Positions 10,019 to 21,984 of a DNA stretch of 41,801 nt are shown here, piece after piece (positions within the stretch are counted from its first letter, which is position 1; each line of letters starts with the position of its first letter). Made by a program: the position numbers and the translations under genes. Below the pieces are notes generated by a model. The model had not been told where the DNA came from, did not search any database, and was given only the letters and a program-made list of their open reading frames with translations. The DNA comes from Octopus bimaculoides (Eukaryota): contig NC_068988.1 in the NCBI RefSeq assembly GCF_001194135.2, positions 91,725,637 through 91,767,437 of the forward strand, read 5' to 3'.

Positions 10019-10212
10019 AAGATTTGTTTATCCTCAGGTCAACTTTGATCGTGCAGACCTCTGATCAAAGGCGTTTGCAGCAACGACCGACCCAGTGTTT
10101 TTTAATCGTATATAGGACAGTATTATCTAGCGTATATTTCACTTTCTCGTGACGGTAAGCTGTGATTTATTGTTCGTGCTACTATTTATAGCAGGTTGAG
10201 CGTTAAATAATA

Positions 10213-10315
10213 AAACCTGTATCAGTAGCCTGTCTGGAGGTGTAGGAGTTGTTGTTTAGCCCCAGGCCAACCGTAATCGAGGAAATCTGTGATGGAAAAC
10301 ATTCCAGCTGTGGCT
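10213..10315 (+). repeat. Short interspersed repeat (family G); related pieces at 10032-10080 and 6005-6062
   Basis: Shared motif TTGTTTAGCC..AGG.CAAC..T.ATCG.G.A.A.CT.TGAT.AAA...ATTCCAGC in three places. Confidence 0.55.
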
Positions 10316-11652
10316 ATTCTGACACTTATCTATACTTTCAAACATTAATGCATCTAGGGCTAAACTATTCAATAATTTGTTTTAAAAAAAAAGCAACAGA
10401 AATTTTAAGATAGTACCGCGTGATTTGTGAGAGATTTGACTGCTATTTCTAGCAGAACGAGCGACCTTGTAGCGACTCTGATTAGATATATATATATATA
10501 TATATGTTTACACACAATAACATCTGTGACAGTGAATGAAACTGCGATGGCAAGGAATTTGTTATTCATTGTCCTGCATTTACGGTTATCAAATAACTTA
10601 GCTTGGATTGTTTGGTAGTAAATATAGGAAAGGGTTAGATAGAGCGAGAGAGATGAAGTGAAAGAAAGAGAGAGAGAAAGAGAGAGGCAAAGAAAAAAAG
10701 TCAGTGAGAAAAAGAGAATGAGAAAGATATTTTATTATTATGACGGAGTGAGAGAGAGAGAGAAAGAGGTGGTGTTTGCAGGCTTTTAATGGGAGTCCAT
10801 ACATTCACACGTCTNNNNNNNNNNNNNNNNNNNNNNNNNNNNNNNNNNNNNNNNNNNNNNNNNNNNNNNNNNNNNNNNNNNNNNNNNNNNNNNNNNNNNN
10901 NNNNNNNNNNNNNNNNNNNNNNNNNNNNNNNNNNNNNNNNNNNNNNNNNNNNNNNNNNNNNNNNNNNNNNNNNNNNNNNNNNNNNNNNNNNNNNNNNNNN
11001 NNNNNNNNNNNNNNNNNNNNNNNNNNNNNNNNNNNNNNNNNNNNNNNNNNNNNNNNNNNNNNNNNNNNNNNNNNNNNNNNNNNNNNNNNNNNNNNNNNNN
11101 NNNNNNNNNNNNNNNNNNNNNNNNNNNNNNNNNNNNNNNNNNNNNNNNNNNNNNNNNNNNNNNNNNNNNNNNNNNNNNNNNNNNNNNNNNNNNNNNNNNN
11201 NNNNNNNNNNNNNNNNNNNNNNNNNNNNNNNNNNNNNNNNNNNNNNNNNNNNNNNNNNNNNNNNNNNNNNNNNNNNNNNNNNNNNNNNNNNNNNNNNNNN
11301 NNNNNNNNNNNNNNNNNNNCTCTCTCTCTCTCTCTCTCCCTCCGTCTCTCTCTCTCTCGTCCTTCTCGGGTGAGTCAATAGCTGTGAATTCTGAAGCTGA
11401 CATCACAGATGTACCAGAGCCGTGATGTCTTAACACATGACCTGTACACGTGATCAGATAGGTGTTCTATTTATTCAAATACTTTTGTTTCCTGATTGCT
11501 TACCTGCCTCATTGTTAAAAACAGGTAAATAACGTGTACAAATAAAACTTGTTTACTTCCTCATCTAATGCAAAAACAAAACAATCCACTGGAGATCGCT
11601 GTCACCAAAAATTGAGGACATGAAATTCTGGTAAAAGAAACAACAGCTACAC

Positions 11653-12142
11653 TGTGGCCATGCTGGAGCACTGCTTTGAAGAAATTTCAGTCGAATTAAT
11701 CGACACCAATACTCATTATTTTTTCAAGCCCTAATACTTATTCTATCGGTCTCTTATGCCGAACCGCTATGTTGCGGGGACGTAAACACACCAGCACCGG
11801 TTGTCACTTGGTGGTGGTGGTGGTGGAGGACAAACATACTCACAATGACATACACGCACACATACACATACACACATAGATACATATGTGTATCTTATGT
11901 GCTTCTTTCAGTTTCCATCTACCAAACCCACTCACAAGGCTTTGGTTAGCCCGAGGCTATATAGTATAGGACACAAGAACACTAGAACACTTGCCCAAGA
12001 TGCAACGCGNNNNNNNNNNGAGGCTATATAGTATAGGACACAAGAACACTAGAACACTTGCCCAAGATGCAACGCGGTGGGACTGAACCTGGAACCATGT
12101 GGTTGGAAAGTAAACTTCTTACCACACAACTACACCTGCACC
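11653..12142 (-). mobile_element. Full-length composite SINE (family B head, central CA/TA repeat, family C tail)
   Basis: GGCCATGCTGGAGCAC...CCGAACCGCTA...GTAAACACACCAGCACCGGTTGTC...CTACCAAACCCACTCACAAGGC...GGGACTGAACC...ACCACACA; the tRNA-like head is at the right end on the minus strand. Confidence 0.92.
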
Positions 12143-12187
<45 letters not shown>

Positions 12188-12514
12188 ATGCGTATGCAAC
12201 GATAAGTGTTAGAGTCGGAGGGGTCACCAGTTGTAACGGTTTGTTATATGTGATGATGATGATGTTGATGAAGAGAAAGAACAGTGGTTGAAATTGATGT
12301 TGGCTCCAAATTTTATTTACCGTTACTTATGTATAGCCACACATGAGTTAATTTTTCCTTGTATAAGTGTGTACATGTTCTTACTATTCTAGTAGTAGGA
12401 AAAAGGTAGATAGAGTGATGTTTGTTTGAAGAGAAAGATGAGCCAGTGAGAGTGAGAGAGAGCAGAGGTAAGTTGTATCATAGCGGCCGATTGTTTGACC
12501 GTCAGCCTCCAGTA

Positions 12515-12590
12515 GTCGTCTCTGGCCGTTTCTGGTCGTCTCTGGCCGTTTCTGGTCGTCTCTGGCCGTTTCTGGTCGTCTCTGGCGTTT
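12515..12590. repeat. 20-bp tandem repeat (TCTGGCCGTT-TCTGGTCGTC) x ~4
   Basis: Direct reading of alternating 10-mers. Confidence 0.95.
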
Positions 12591-12891
12591 GCTTTCCACC
12601 AACTTGTATTTATAAGAATACAGAACAACCAGAAAAAGAGATATATCGTTTAAACAATGGATAGATTAATGTAGGTCGCCTCTTATCTATTTCAACTTTT
12701 TATGGCGTAAAAGAGGTTAAAAGTTTAAGGGGAAGAGACATAAATTGACTTGGCAAAGTCATGTATTGAATGCAATTCCTATCAACTATCGTTTTCCTGT
12801 GAGAAAAATGTTGAAATGTCAGAGGAAATTTGCCGATTCATGTTCGAATCTACTCTATGCCCAAATGAAGTCACTACATATATACATATGC

Positions 12892-12922
<31 letters not shown>

Positions 12923-13014
12923 CATACATATATATNNNNNNNNNNNNNNNNNNNNNNNNNNNNNNNNNNNNNNNNNNNNNNNNNNNNNNNNNNNNNNNNN
13001 NNTATATATATGTA

Positions 13015-13349
13015 TGCTGAGCTGCTGAGACCCCCTTCGGCCATGACTGACCATGGGATTGCACCTAGAAAGTTACCCTCCGAGGCACAAGTCCGGGCAA
13101 GGTTGTTTTATGGAAGACCAGCAGTGGCCCATGCATACCAGCCTCCCCTCTCCACACCACCAGTGTTATCCAAGGGAAGGGCAAAGGGGCCGATACAGCT
13201 TGGCACCAGTGATGTCGCAACTCATTTCTACAGCTGAGCTAACTGGAGCAACGTGCTCAAGAACACAACACGCAGCCCGGTCCGGGATTCGAACTCACAC
13301 TCTCACGATCGTAAGCTCGACGCTCTAACCACTAAGCCATGCGCCTTCA
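13015..13349 (-). mobile_element. tRNA-derived SINE (family D), well preserved
   Basis: Minus-strand head GGCGCATGGCTTAGTGGTTAGAGCG...GTTCGAATCCCGG (A and B boxes), then a ~260-bp non-tRNA body. Confidence 0.92.
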
Positions 13350-13367
13350 CACACACACACACACACA

Positions 13368-16309
13368 CCAATTGAATGGCCCGGCGTTGCCCGGGCTACT
13401 GGTATCCTTGTTCAGATTAATAAACAATAAATATAAAGATATATTCTCATAATTATTTCATGTGTAATTTTTTGTTGGTGTTGAAATGAATGAATTGTTG
13501 TCACTTCCAACTCGCGAGCAAGTAACATAGAGTTGGCCGTGGGAGACGCATGTAGTAGAGAGATCAAGTGCAACTACCAAGAGAGATTGACTCTGAGGTT
13601 TGCTAATTGAAATACATGGAAACTGAAGCGTCTTAAATTCAAATGGAACGTCTGTAGGTATGAGAGGAATTTTTGGAATAAAGATATTTCCTCCTTTGTG
13701 ACTACGTGTTATGATTGCTGCCTGTGGGACATGAGGCTTCATGGAAGTAACAATTAAGCGAGTTCCATTACACAGGTGAGATGGGTCAAGGTTCCTAAGC
13801 AACATTACTGGAGCACCCAGATTTAGTGTCAAGTTATGCGGTGGCATCCCACCGGGTTCAAATGTGTTCAGAAATTCAATAGAGTATTGAACAACCTGAT
13901 CTTGATCGACTGTTGTCAGTTGATCGAAAAGTAATTTCTGACGTATCTGTTAACTTTTGAAGAAGTTCATGATTGAGTTTATCAACCATTTCATTAGTTG
14001 GAGCTAGTATAGCTGTTTCACATAACCAGTTTACATCAATGTAATTGACAGATAAATTAGGAAATACTTCCCTAGGAGAAAGTAGCATTTGATCGCATGT
14101 AATTTTATGTAGCTGAAGTCTTGAGTTGAATGTTAATATCCTATTACTAATATTAAGAAGCTCGTATGATCACCTTGTAGAAGTACTGTGATGTTTCTTG
14201 TAAGATGAAGTTTTTTCACTCGTCTCCAAAAGTACAATTTTTTAATTTTTTAATTTTTTAAAGCATGCATTGACCTCATCAGCTTTTGATCCTTTGGAAT
14301 AACTGGCAACATTTGACGAAAATCTTCTGCAAGAAGAATTGTTAGTCCTCCCATGAGCGTGCTATTGGTTTTCTTTTCTTGGAGGGTACGGTCAAGTTCC
14401 TCTGGAGCTCCACGATGTGACAGGGCACTCATCCCAAACAATGAGACAAGTTTGTTGGAGAACTGTTTCCATTGCAGAGTTTTGGGAAATGTTGCACATT
14501 TGAGATTCTTTCATTGCAAGGTTTAGAGGGAGCTTAAATATGGAATGAGCAGTTCTTCCCCCATTGAGGAGGGTAGCTGCAATACCAGAAGATGCAACAC
14601 TGGAAGAATAGATTTTATTTCCTCCCATTTAGGATTGCAGGTGAAAGTGACAAAAAGATCTGGTTTTCCACATGTCATAGTATCTTGTGTTCGTTCGTGC
14701 ATATATCGAAGACCACATGTGAATGATGGTGGGAGGATCATAAGTTGCCCCATGTTTTGAATATCACCCTCTGTCCTCAGAGCATCTTGGAGATGAACAT
14801 AATTTTTAGCCCTTAACTTTTTTTGATTGTTACGAATATAGAGGAGACGCTAACTCTCAATTTTAGTATACATATCAACCAGGTATTGTTGAAATAGATC
14901 ACGATACATGTATAACTGATTTGATTGTTCTGGTCTTAACATCAGATGGCAATAATAGAAGTCATTTGACGACACCTTTTTGTTTGTAATTGGCTCTCTT
15001 GTTGCAGGTTCATTCTGTGGAATATTGAAATGATACCCATCTTGCCCATTCCATACAATAAGAGGACACTGAAGAGCATCATAAGAGGATGAGTCTCTGA
15101 AACACGAATGAGAATATCACGATTTTCATGGGGATCACCTACCATAAGGATAGCTACTGCATTAGATGTGGGCTCATTAAAACGGCGTAAAATGTCCTTT
15201 GCTATAGTTTACTATAGACGTAACGAACGCGGAAGCACACACGCTCACAGACACATACACACTCATTAGAATTGATGAATACTGAAAGCAACAAAACGCA
15301 CACACGAAGTTCAAACGAAACGAAACGTTGTAAATATAGGTGCAAAACATACTTTCTGTAGCAAAGTTATGCTATAAGAAATTTTTTTAGGGAATATTTT
15401 CAAAAGAAATATTTCAGCGTCGGAAAGTCACAAATTTAGCAGATATTTCTATGCGTCACCAATGTAACAAAGTACAGAAAATCAACATTTATTTGGAACA
15501 TGTACTAAATGTTATAAAATTCAAGATTGAATGTCACGTTGAAGAAAGTCAAGTGCCAAGAAAATTCAGAAGGCATAATTCAATTTTTCATACAAAAAAA
15601 TTTTACAGTTTTTAAATGAACGCTGAATAAAAGTGTGAACAAGGGATATGTTGCTGTTGTGAACGTTAATTAATTTAAAACATTTGCTGAAGGATGTATG
15701 TAGCAAGACATAAATTAATTTGACATCACTTAATATATATTTTAACTGAGTAAGGTTAGGGGTGTAGAATAAATACTGACTAACACAGTAAAAAGGTTAC
15801 GCGGCGTTGAATACTAACATTGTTAAAGCAGCATAGCAGGAATACGATAAGGACGCTAGGACTGTTAAAAAAGCATTATCTTCAAACTGGTTATAAGAAC
15901 TGGAATAACATTTCTGGGATTACTTTGAAAGAGCCGCTAAGGCTTTCTACTTCGCCAGGTTTCCGAATTTGTTATAATAACCAGAATAGCATTTTTTTTT
16001 TCAGATATATTTGCGAGTGTTGTGAATGCTGTCAAATCATCCAAATCTTCATGTTGGTTATAAAAACCAGGATAAAATTTCAGCACATAAGTAGTGATAA
16101 TCGTTAATGCTGTTTAAACCGCAACTCTCCATAAGAAAAGGAAAATCCAAACAGTGGTACTTCAACGTCCAGGCCACAACTAAACAAAACCCTTTCAAAA
16201 TCGGCGCGTTTCACTGTTGGGTGGTACAGTCACATACATATACTAAGACAGACACACACAGACATACATTCACGCACACCTCAGGCCTATCTCTGTCCTT
16301 TTGTGTGTT

Positions 16310-16356
<47 letters not shown>

Positions 16357-16582
16357 TTTTACGCCGTCGCTAGAAGGGGACTTAACTCATGTTTGCAAAT
16401 GCGCGGACTTGAAAATTGTTAGAAGTTATGGTTTAAAATTATTTTCAATGCAAAAATTCACCTGTTAGGAAGGAAGAAAAAAAATAAATAAATAAATGGC
16501 CGATTCCGGGCATTTTCGACCATGAGGAATTCATTGGTGCGACTCCCAAATTGCTATCTTGTAAGGTGTGGCTTTCTATAGA
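13368..16582 (-). mobile_element. Non-autonomous (internally deleted) Helitron, probable full extent
   Basis: 3' end on minus: hairpin GCCCGG-N5/6-CCGGGC (13379-13396), then TTGG|T at 13368 (degenerate CTRR). Candidate 5' end A|TCTATAGAAAG at 16582. RepHel remnants lie inside. The 5' boundary is less certain than the 3'. Confidence 0.7.
13458..15200 (-). pseudogene. Helitron RepHel pseudogene (pre-Rep region, Rep motif 1, PIF1-family helicase)
   Basis: RRFNEPTSNAVAIL..RDI, SYDALQCPLI.WNGQDGY, FQQYLVD, LPPSFTCGLRYM, GKPDLFVTFTCNPKW; then VASSGIAATLLNGGRTAHS.FKLPL, IVWDE, EDFRQMLPV, LAPTN, GMPPHNL...LLRNLD...CNGTRL, HGQLYVTCSRV. Multiple stops and frameshifts. Confidence 0.96.
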
Positions 16583-16845
16583 TGCAACACACACACACAC
16601 ACAAACTCNNNNNNNNNNNNNNNNNNNNNNNNNNNNNNNNNNNNNNNNNNNNNNNNNNNNNNNNNNNNNNNNNNNNNNNNNNNNNNNNNNNNNNNNNNNN
16701 NNNNNNNNNNNNNNNNNNNNNNNNNNNNNNNNNNNNNNNNNNNNNNNNNNNNNNNNNNNNNNNNNNNNNNNNNNNNNNNNNNNNNNNNNNNNNNNNNNNN
16801 NNNNNNNNNNNNNNNNNNNNNNNNNNNNTATATATACACACAATT

Positions 16846-16895
16846 CTCGAACCGCTAAGTACCGTGGTGTAAACACACCAGCATTAGTTGTCAAA
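16846..16895 (-). mobile_element. SINE family C fragment
   Basis: GAACCGCTAAGT...GTAAACACACCAGCATTAGTTGTCAA. Confidence 0.7.
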
Positions 16896-17466
16896 CTCTT
16901 GTAACTGTCGAAACTCTGCGGCTTACCCATTTAACCAGACATGTATGATAAACTCCGTCATATACCTGGCTGAAGTTACAACTACGCTTCAAATAAATCA
17001 AGTGGAAAGAAGAATTACATCGGGTTATGTGATTTCCGGGCAGCGTTTATATTTTTAACGCTGAATTGAATGGTATTACCCAGGTGTCGAACTCATAGTG
17101 ATATCCGATTGGAAAGCTAACGACAGGGATGCACATAAGTTATGCTCGCTTGTGAATTTCTTATATTTTACTCCCATTATTCTGGGTTGTTCTTCATTTT
17201 CGAAAAGTGGAAAGCGTTTGTGGACTCATAGTTTGTGGGTATCGCTTACTATATATAGTTTGGGTTTCTTCATAAGTAACCTACCTACTTAGGTTTGGAC
17301 AAGGCTTAGATAGTGGTGTCTAGTTTTGGGAGGATTTGTGACATGTATGTGTGTGCGTGTGTGTGTGTGTGTGTGTGTGCATGTATGAATATACACCCTC
17401 TCTCTCTCTTTCTCCATCTCTCTCTCTTTCTCTATCTCTCTCTCTTTCTCCATCTCTCTCTCACCA

Positions 17467-17507
<41 letters not shown>

Positions 17508-18015
17508 AAGTAATACCTATCATAGCACTTGAGATACATTTCTAAAAAATGCAGCGCTAAAGGAAACAGCGCTGTATGTGTTGATTATTAAGTCATTTTA
17601 ACAAAGAATAAATTGAGTTAAGAGGCGGTTTTAATGGGTTTATTCCAACACTGTATAAAGTTATGTGGTTATTTTTATGCGGTCATCGTGAGATCATTGT
17701 AGCATAGCATATATAGAGTTACAAGGCTATTTTTACAATGTCATTAGGAAGACATTATAACATCACATAAATGAAGTTACACGGCTATTTTTAACAGTGA
17801 TGCAGATGCATAAGGTGATAAACATCGTGGTATATCAAGGAAAAGCTCACTGTAACATATAATTTTTCCTATAACAATTTTTGATAACCTCACAAAACAA
17901 GGTGTCATTGTCATACAAAGTTGTGATAAAATTCAGAAACAAGTGTTTTGTTTGTTTGTCTTTTTTTTTTATGAATTAAACACTAATGTTATTGTAAAAT
18001 TATTAAGCATTTAAA

Positions 18016-18195
18016 ATTCTTTCTACTACAGGCATAAGGCCTAAAATTTAGTAGGAGGGAGCTAGTCGGTTACATCCACCCAGCACTGAACTGGTAGCTA
18101 TTTCATCGATCCGGAAAGGATAAAAAGCAAAGTCTATTTTGAACTCAGAATGTAAAGACGGAAAAATGTCGCTAAGTATTTTTGGTCGGTTGCCT
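18016..18195 (-). mobile_element. SINE family A (decayed)
   Basis: TTTCTACTACAGGCATAAGGCCTAAAATT...GAAAGGATAAAAAGCAAAGTC...TGAACTCAGAATGTAAAGACG. Confidence 0.85.
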
Positions 18196-19149
18196 TATTA
18201 AGCAGTTTAAATTAATACTTTGCATATTATGGGAGTCACCAATGACTCTCCACGCTATGTACTTAATGTGGCGCACAATGCACTTGGTGGGAAAATGTTA
18301 ATCAACTTAAATACCTTTAATAAATAGGCCGTCTCACCGTAAATTCAGAAGAAGCTGATGTCAAATTTGAGATGATGGTCCAAGCTTGGGTTCTGCTTCG
18401 CACTATTTTCATTAAATCAACAGCACACGGAAAATTTTCAAATTTATCATTTTGTACAGCATATTTTTGTAAGTTATTTTCATAACCTCTCCACTTTTAC
18501 TTTTCAATAGTGAAAATGTTCCTTACCCGCTTATAAAGCAACATTAAGTTTATAAAACACCTCAAAACTATCCGACAAATAGCACAATGTACTTATACTC
18601 ATCATGAAGAATTATGCGATACACCATTTCTTTTTTGATAAAACATTGTTTCGTCTTGTTTTACGTGTTTTTTTTTTATTTTTGGAAAATAAATCTACTA
18701 CTGGCTTCAAACCTCTTGTTAACTATCTTCCTATGTTTGCATATAGTAAACATTTGCTGACTCAGATTTCACATCCGGTTATAGATTGGCCAATAGAAAG
18801 TTATTCAATGCTTGACCTTCCATGAAATCGATAGTATTATGCCTCTCGATGAATCATGCAATAAGTGAATATAAGTAGGTGGATTACTTTGCAAACTTTT
18901 ACATGAAATCTTACACTAATACAATCATTCATTTTGAGGCCCACTTCCTTAAAGAAATGGCCCACTTCATTCGTATGCCCAACTTAATTGTTGACAAATT
19001 AGAAAATCCCCATGCACTCTGTTTCCATATGAATACCTGGCACATACAAATAGTTGGGTCGGTGAATTGCAAATTTTGTAATTCCTTTAATTCTTTTAAT
19101 AAGTTGTACACTATATTTTGTCCGCAAAGATCTGTCGCTGAAAATTTTC

Positions 19150-19436
19150 CATGGTTCTTCATGCAGGAACATAAGATACTGTGGGATTTTTCAATCCAAT
19201 GTGACTCCCTAATTGAGGCTCGGAAACCAGATATTGTTGTGGTAAACAAAGGAAGAAAGGAAACCAAGATCTTAGATATTGCAATACCTGTAGATGCACG
19301 CATAAATGGTAAACTATAAAGGCTTGAAAAGTACAGACTACTAAAAGATGAAAACTGCAAGAATGTAGACTATGTTATTCCAGTATTTGTAGGAGCAGTC
19401 GGAGCACTAACCACCAAGTTCGAGAAATATGTCAAA
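19150..19436 (+). mobile_element. R4/Dong-like non-LTR retrotransposon, REL endonuclease fragment
   Basis: EHKILWDFSIQCDSLIEARKPDIVVVNKGRKETKILDIAIPVD...EKYRLLKDE; closely similar in DNA to 22240-22520. Confidence 0.9.
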
Positions 19437-20061
19437 TTTTCGCAAATCATATATGGTTTCTTACATTTTGCAATAAAGCACAAGTTGTAAGTATATTTTT
19501 AACCAGCGTATGTCTTTCAGAAAATAGTGTTCCTACTTTCAAAGATTTCAGGAACTTCTTGTAAAAGTATAGTAAAGATTTGCCCTGCATAGGAAGTATG
19601 TCTAGTATCAACATGCTTCTTTTTTTTTTTTAGCAAACTTCATACTTATTCTCATCGAATATTCATTACAAATTTAGCAGGCTGGACGATGCTCTTCCTA
19701 AGAGCACCGTCCATACCAATGAGAGGAGAAAGCAAATCAATAACGTAAAAACAAAAGAAAAAAGAAAGATTTATCGCATAGTTTCTGTTTAATATGGAAC
19801 TGCTCAGCTTCAAGCTTCATTCATTTTCCAGTTCATGTTACGGCATCCAGGATTCTGTTGGAATTTCTGCATTGTTTTGGTTATTAACAGTGAAAGAAGA
19901 AAAAGCTTAGCCAAGATGAATTTATTTATAAGTTTTAAATTGTATAATAAATTTTAAATTAAGCATTTAAAAATGTTGTTTTATCACATTTATTAATTTC
20001 ATGAATTTATTTATTTCAGCATAATGCTATTCTGGAAAATGGACAGAATTACATAAATATT

Positions 20062-20777
20062 GGATCTTTGGGGTTTGACGGGCAACATTTGTTTTCTTAA
20101 CGAAACACTTCCAAACTTGGGACACTGGTAGAATGTGTCATATAAAACAACTTCTTCTCTTAACCTTCTTAACAAAAAATTGTACATCGCAAGTTATTTC
20201 ATGTTAAAGTTGTCGTATTTCTGTAATTTTAACCAATCACTGACGTCTATTCAGCTGAATACAGTTACTGCTGTTCGGTGTCAAGTGTGTTATTCCCTGT
20301 TTAATTATATCATTATTCCCTAGTAAGGGTTTAGGGTTTTAGGGTTAGGGTTCGGGTTTTAGGGTTAGGGTTAGGGTTTTAGGGTTAGGGTTGGGGTTAG
20401 GGNNNNNNNNNNNNNNNNNNNNNNNNNNNNNNNNNNNNNNNNNTAACCCTAAAACCCTAATGCTAAAACCAGTACAAACGCACGAACGATGTCATAAATA
20501 AGAGTAACACGGGTAGTTGTTGACAAACAACGGGACTAATTTTATTCAAGGGAAAAGATCCCATGACACCGTTACGGCATTAATTGTTTTCACCTCAATA
20601 GACGTCAGTGATTGGTTGAAATTACCGAAATACGACAATTTTTTACATAAAATAACTTCGAATACAAAATTTTTTATCTGTTCTATACCACAAAATATAC
20701 AAATATTCGAAGTTTGAAAGTGTTTCGGTACCAAAACACTACATAAAAAAATGTTGCCCGTCAAACCCCAAAGATCC
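20062..20777. mobile_element. 716-bp non-autonomous DNA element with long imperfect TIRs, 8-bp TSD and a central telomeric array (Merlin-like)
   Basis: Terminal GGATCTTTGGGGTTTGACGGGCAACATTT is perfectly inverted at 20749-20777; arm similarity runs ~190 bp; TSD TAAATATT at 20054-20061 and 20778-20785. Confidence 0.92.
20324..20460. repeat. Interstitial telomere-like repeats, (T2-4AGGG)n then N gap then (CCCTAA/CCCTAAAA)n
   Basis: Direct reading; the junction is hidden in the 41-N gap 20403-20443. Confidence 0.93.
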
Positions 20778-21984
20778 TAAATATTTGCTGATTGTATGAG
20801 TAAAATTATAGAGGTCAAAATTAAATAATCTCAACGAATACAGATGATAGCTTCACGGTTCATAGCTTATCTATATTTCTGGGGCGAAAATTTATAATCA
20901 AGGTCGAAAACTAACGTCGCATTAATACTGTTCACACAGGTAAATCAACATAAATCATGCTATACTTACGAAAGTAAAAAGCGATAACAAAATATATTCT
21001 TAAAATTGTATGTAAATATTCGGTTGCACAACCAACAAAGGTTTTTTTAACAATATATGTTAGAGACGTCAGATATCGCTCACTGTATAAAAATAAAAGT
21101 ATGGAATGAAAACTGAACAAAAACAAAATAAGGATAGTCTGTCTACTTGTTCTGTTCAATATCAATTTTTTTTTTCCACTAGGCAAACTTTATTGCATGC
21201 ATTTTTCTTTCTTTGTGCTGATAAAATACCTTTATAAACAAAGCAAATATAAATTTTAGATTCCTCTATGACAGTTCCGTAATCCCAAATAATCTTTATG
21301 CGACCCCACTCCCCAATTTAGGAACTGCTGTAATTAAGCTAACTCCCTTTCAAACAGGTATTGCGCATTTACATTTTTTTCTCTGTCAACTTAACCTATA
21401 TATAGCCAGTAGTATTACACTTTGTTGACAGACAGGGCTGTAACACAAGTTAAATATATATATGAGTGTATCAACATATCTGATATTAGTACAAGCAACA
21501 GATAAATTAGATGTGTTTTTCATTTAAGAAAACATTGTTTCTTACTCTAACGTTTTTCCATGCATTGTGTCAAGTATCACAGTACTTCACTTGTTTAGGA
21601 ACAAACTATAAAAGGCATGCATCTGTTTGGTTTACTAGCATCGTAGCTATTGTATCCAGAAGAAATACAAATATCACGGTAGTTTTTTAAAACTGACAAC
21701 GAAAACAGTGTCAGTATAACAGTGAAGTTTGGCTGGCTGGTATTGAGTAAATCCTTCAGAAATTAGAGATGATGCTATATTCAATTAACCTGGTGGAAAC
21801 CGTCACCAGCAACTGGAAGCCATTGCTATCTCCGATGTCACCGTTTAAGGTCGATGAAATAAGTATTAGTTGAACTCTAGGTTCAATAATCAACTGCCTC
21901 CTGCCTCCCAAATTTCAGGCTTTGTGCAGGTCGTTCGGCAAAAGCTGAACGCTCATACGTTGTTTTCGTCGGGAGAGTCCATCG

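Noticed and set aside
11953-12076. Exact 57-bp direct duplication (11953-12009, 12020-12076)
   Set aside because: The copies flank a 10-N gap; most likely an unmerged contig overlap rather than biology.
13270-13347. tRNA gene
   Set aside because: Has A and B boxes but no proper acceptor stem or Pol III terminator and runs into a SINE body found elsewhere in the window.
17715-17802. Two ~25-bp copies of AGTTACA.GGCTATTTTTA
   Set aside because: Ordinary short local duplication with no further structure.
20324-20460. Ancient telomere-telomere chromosome fusion site
   Set aside because: Short, degenerate and enclosed by TIRs with an 8-bp TSD; the junction itself is an N gap.
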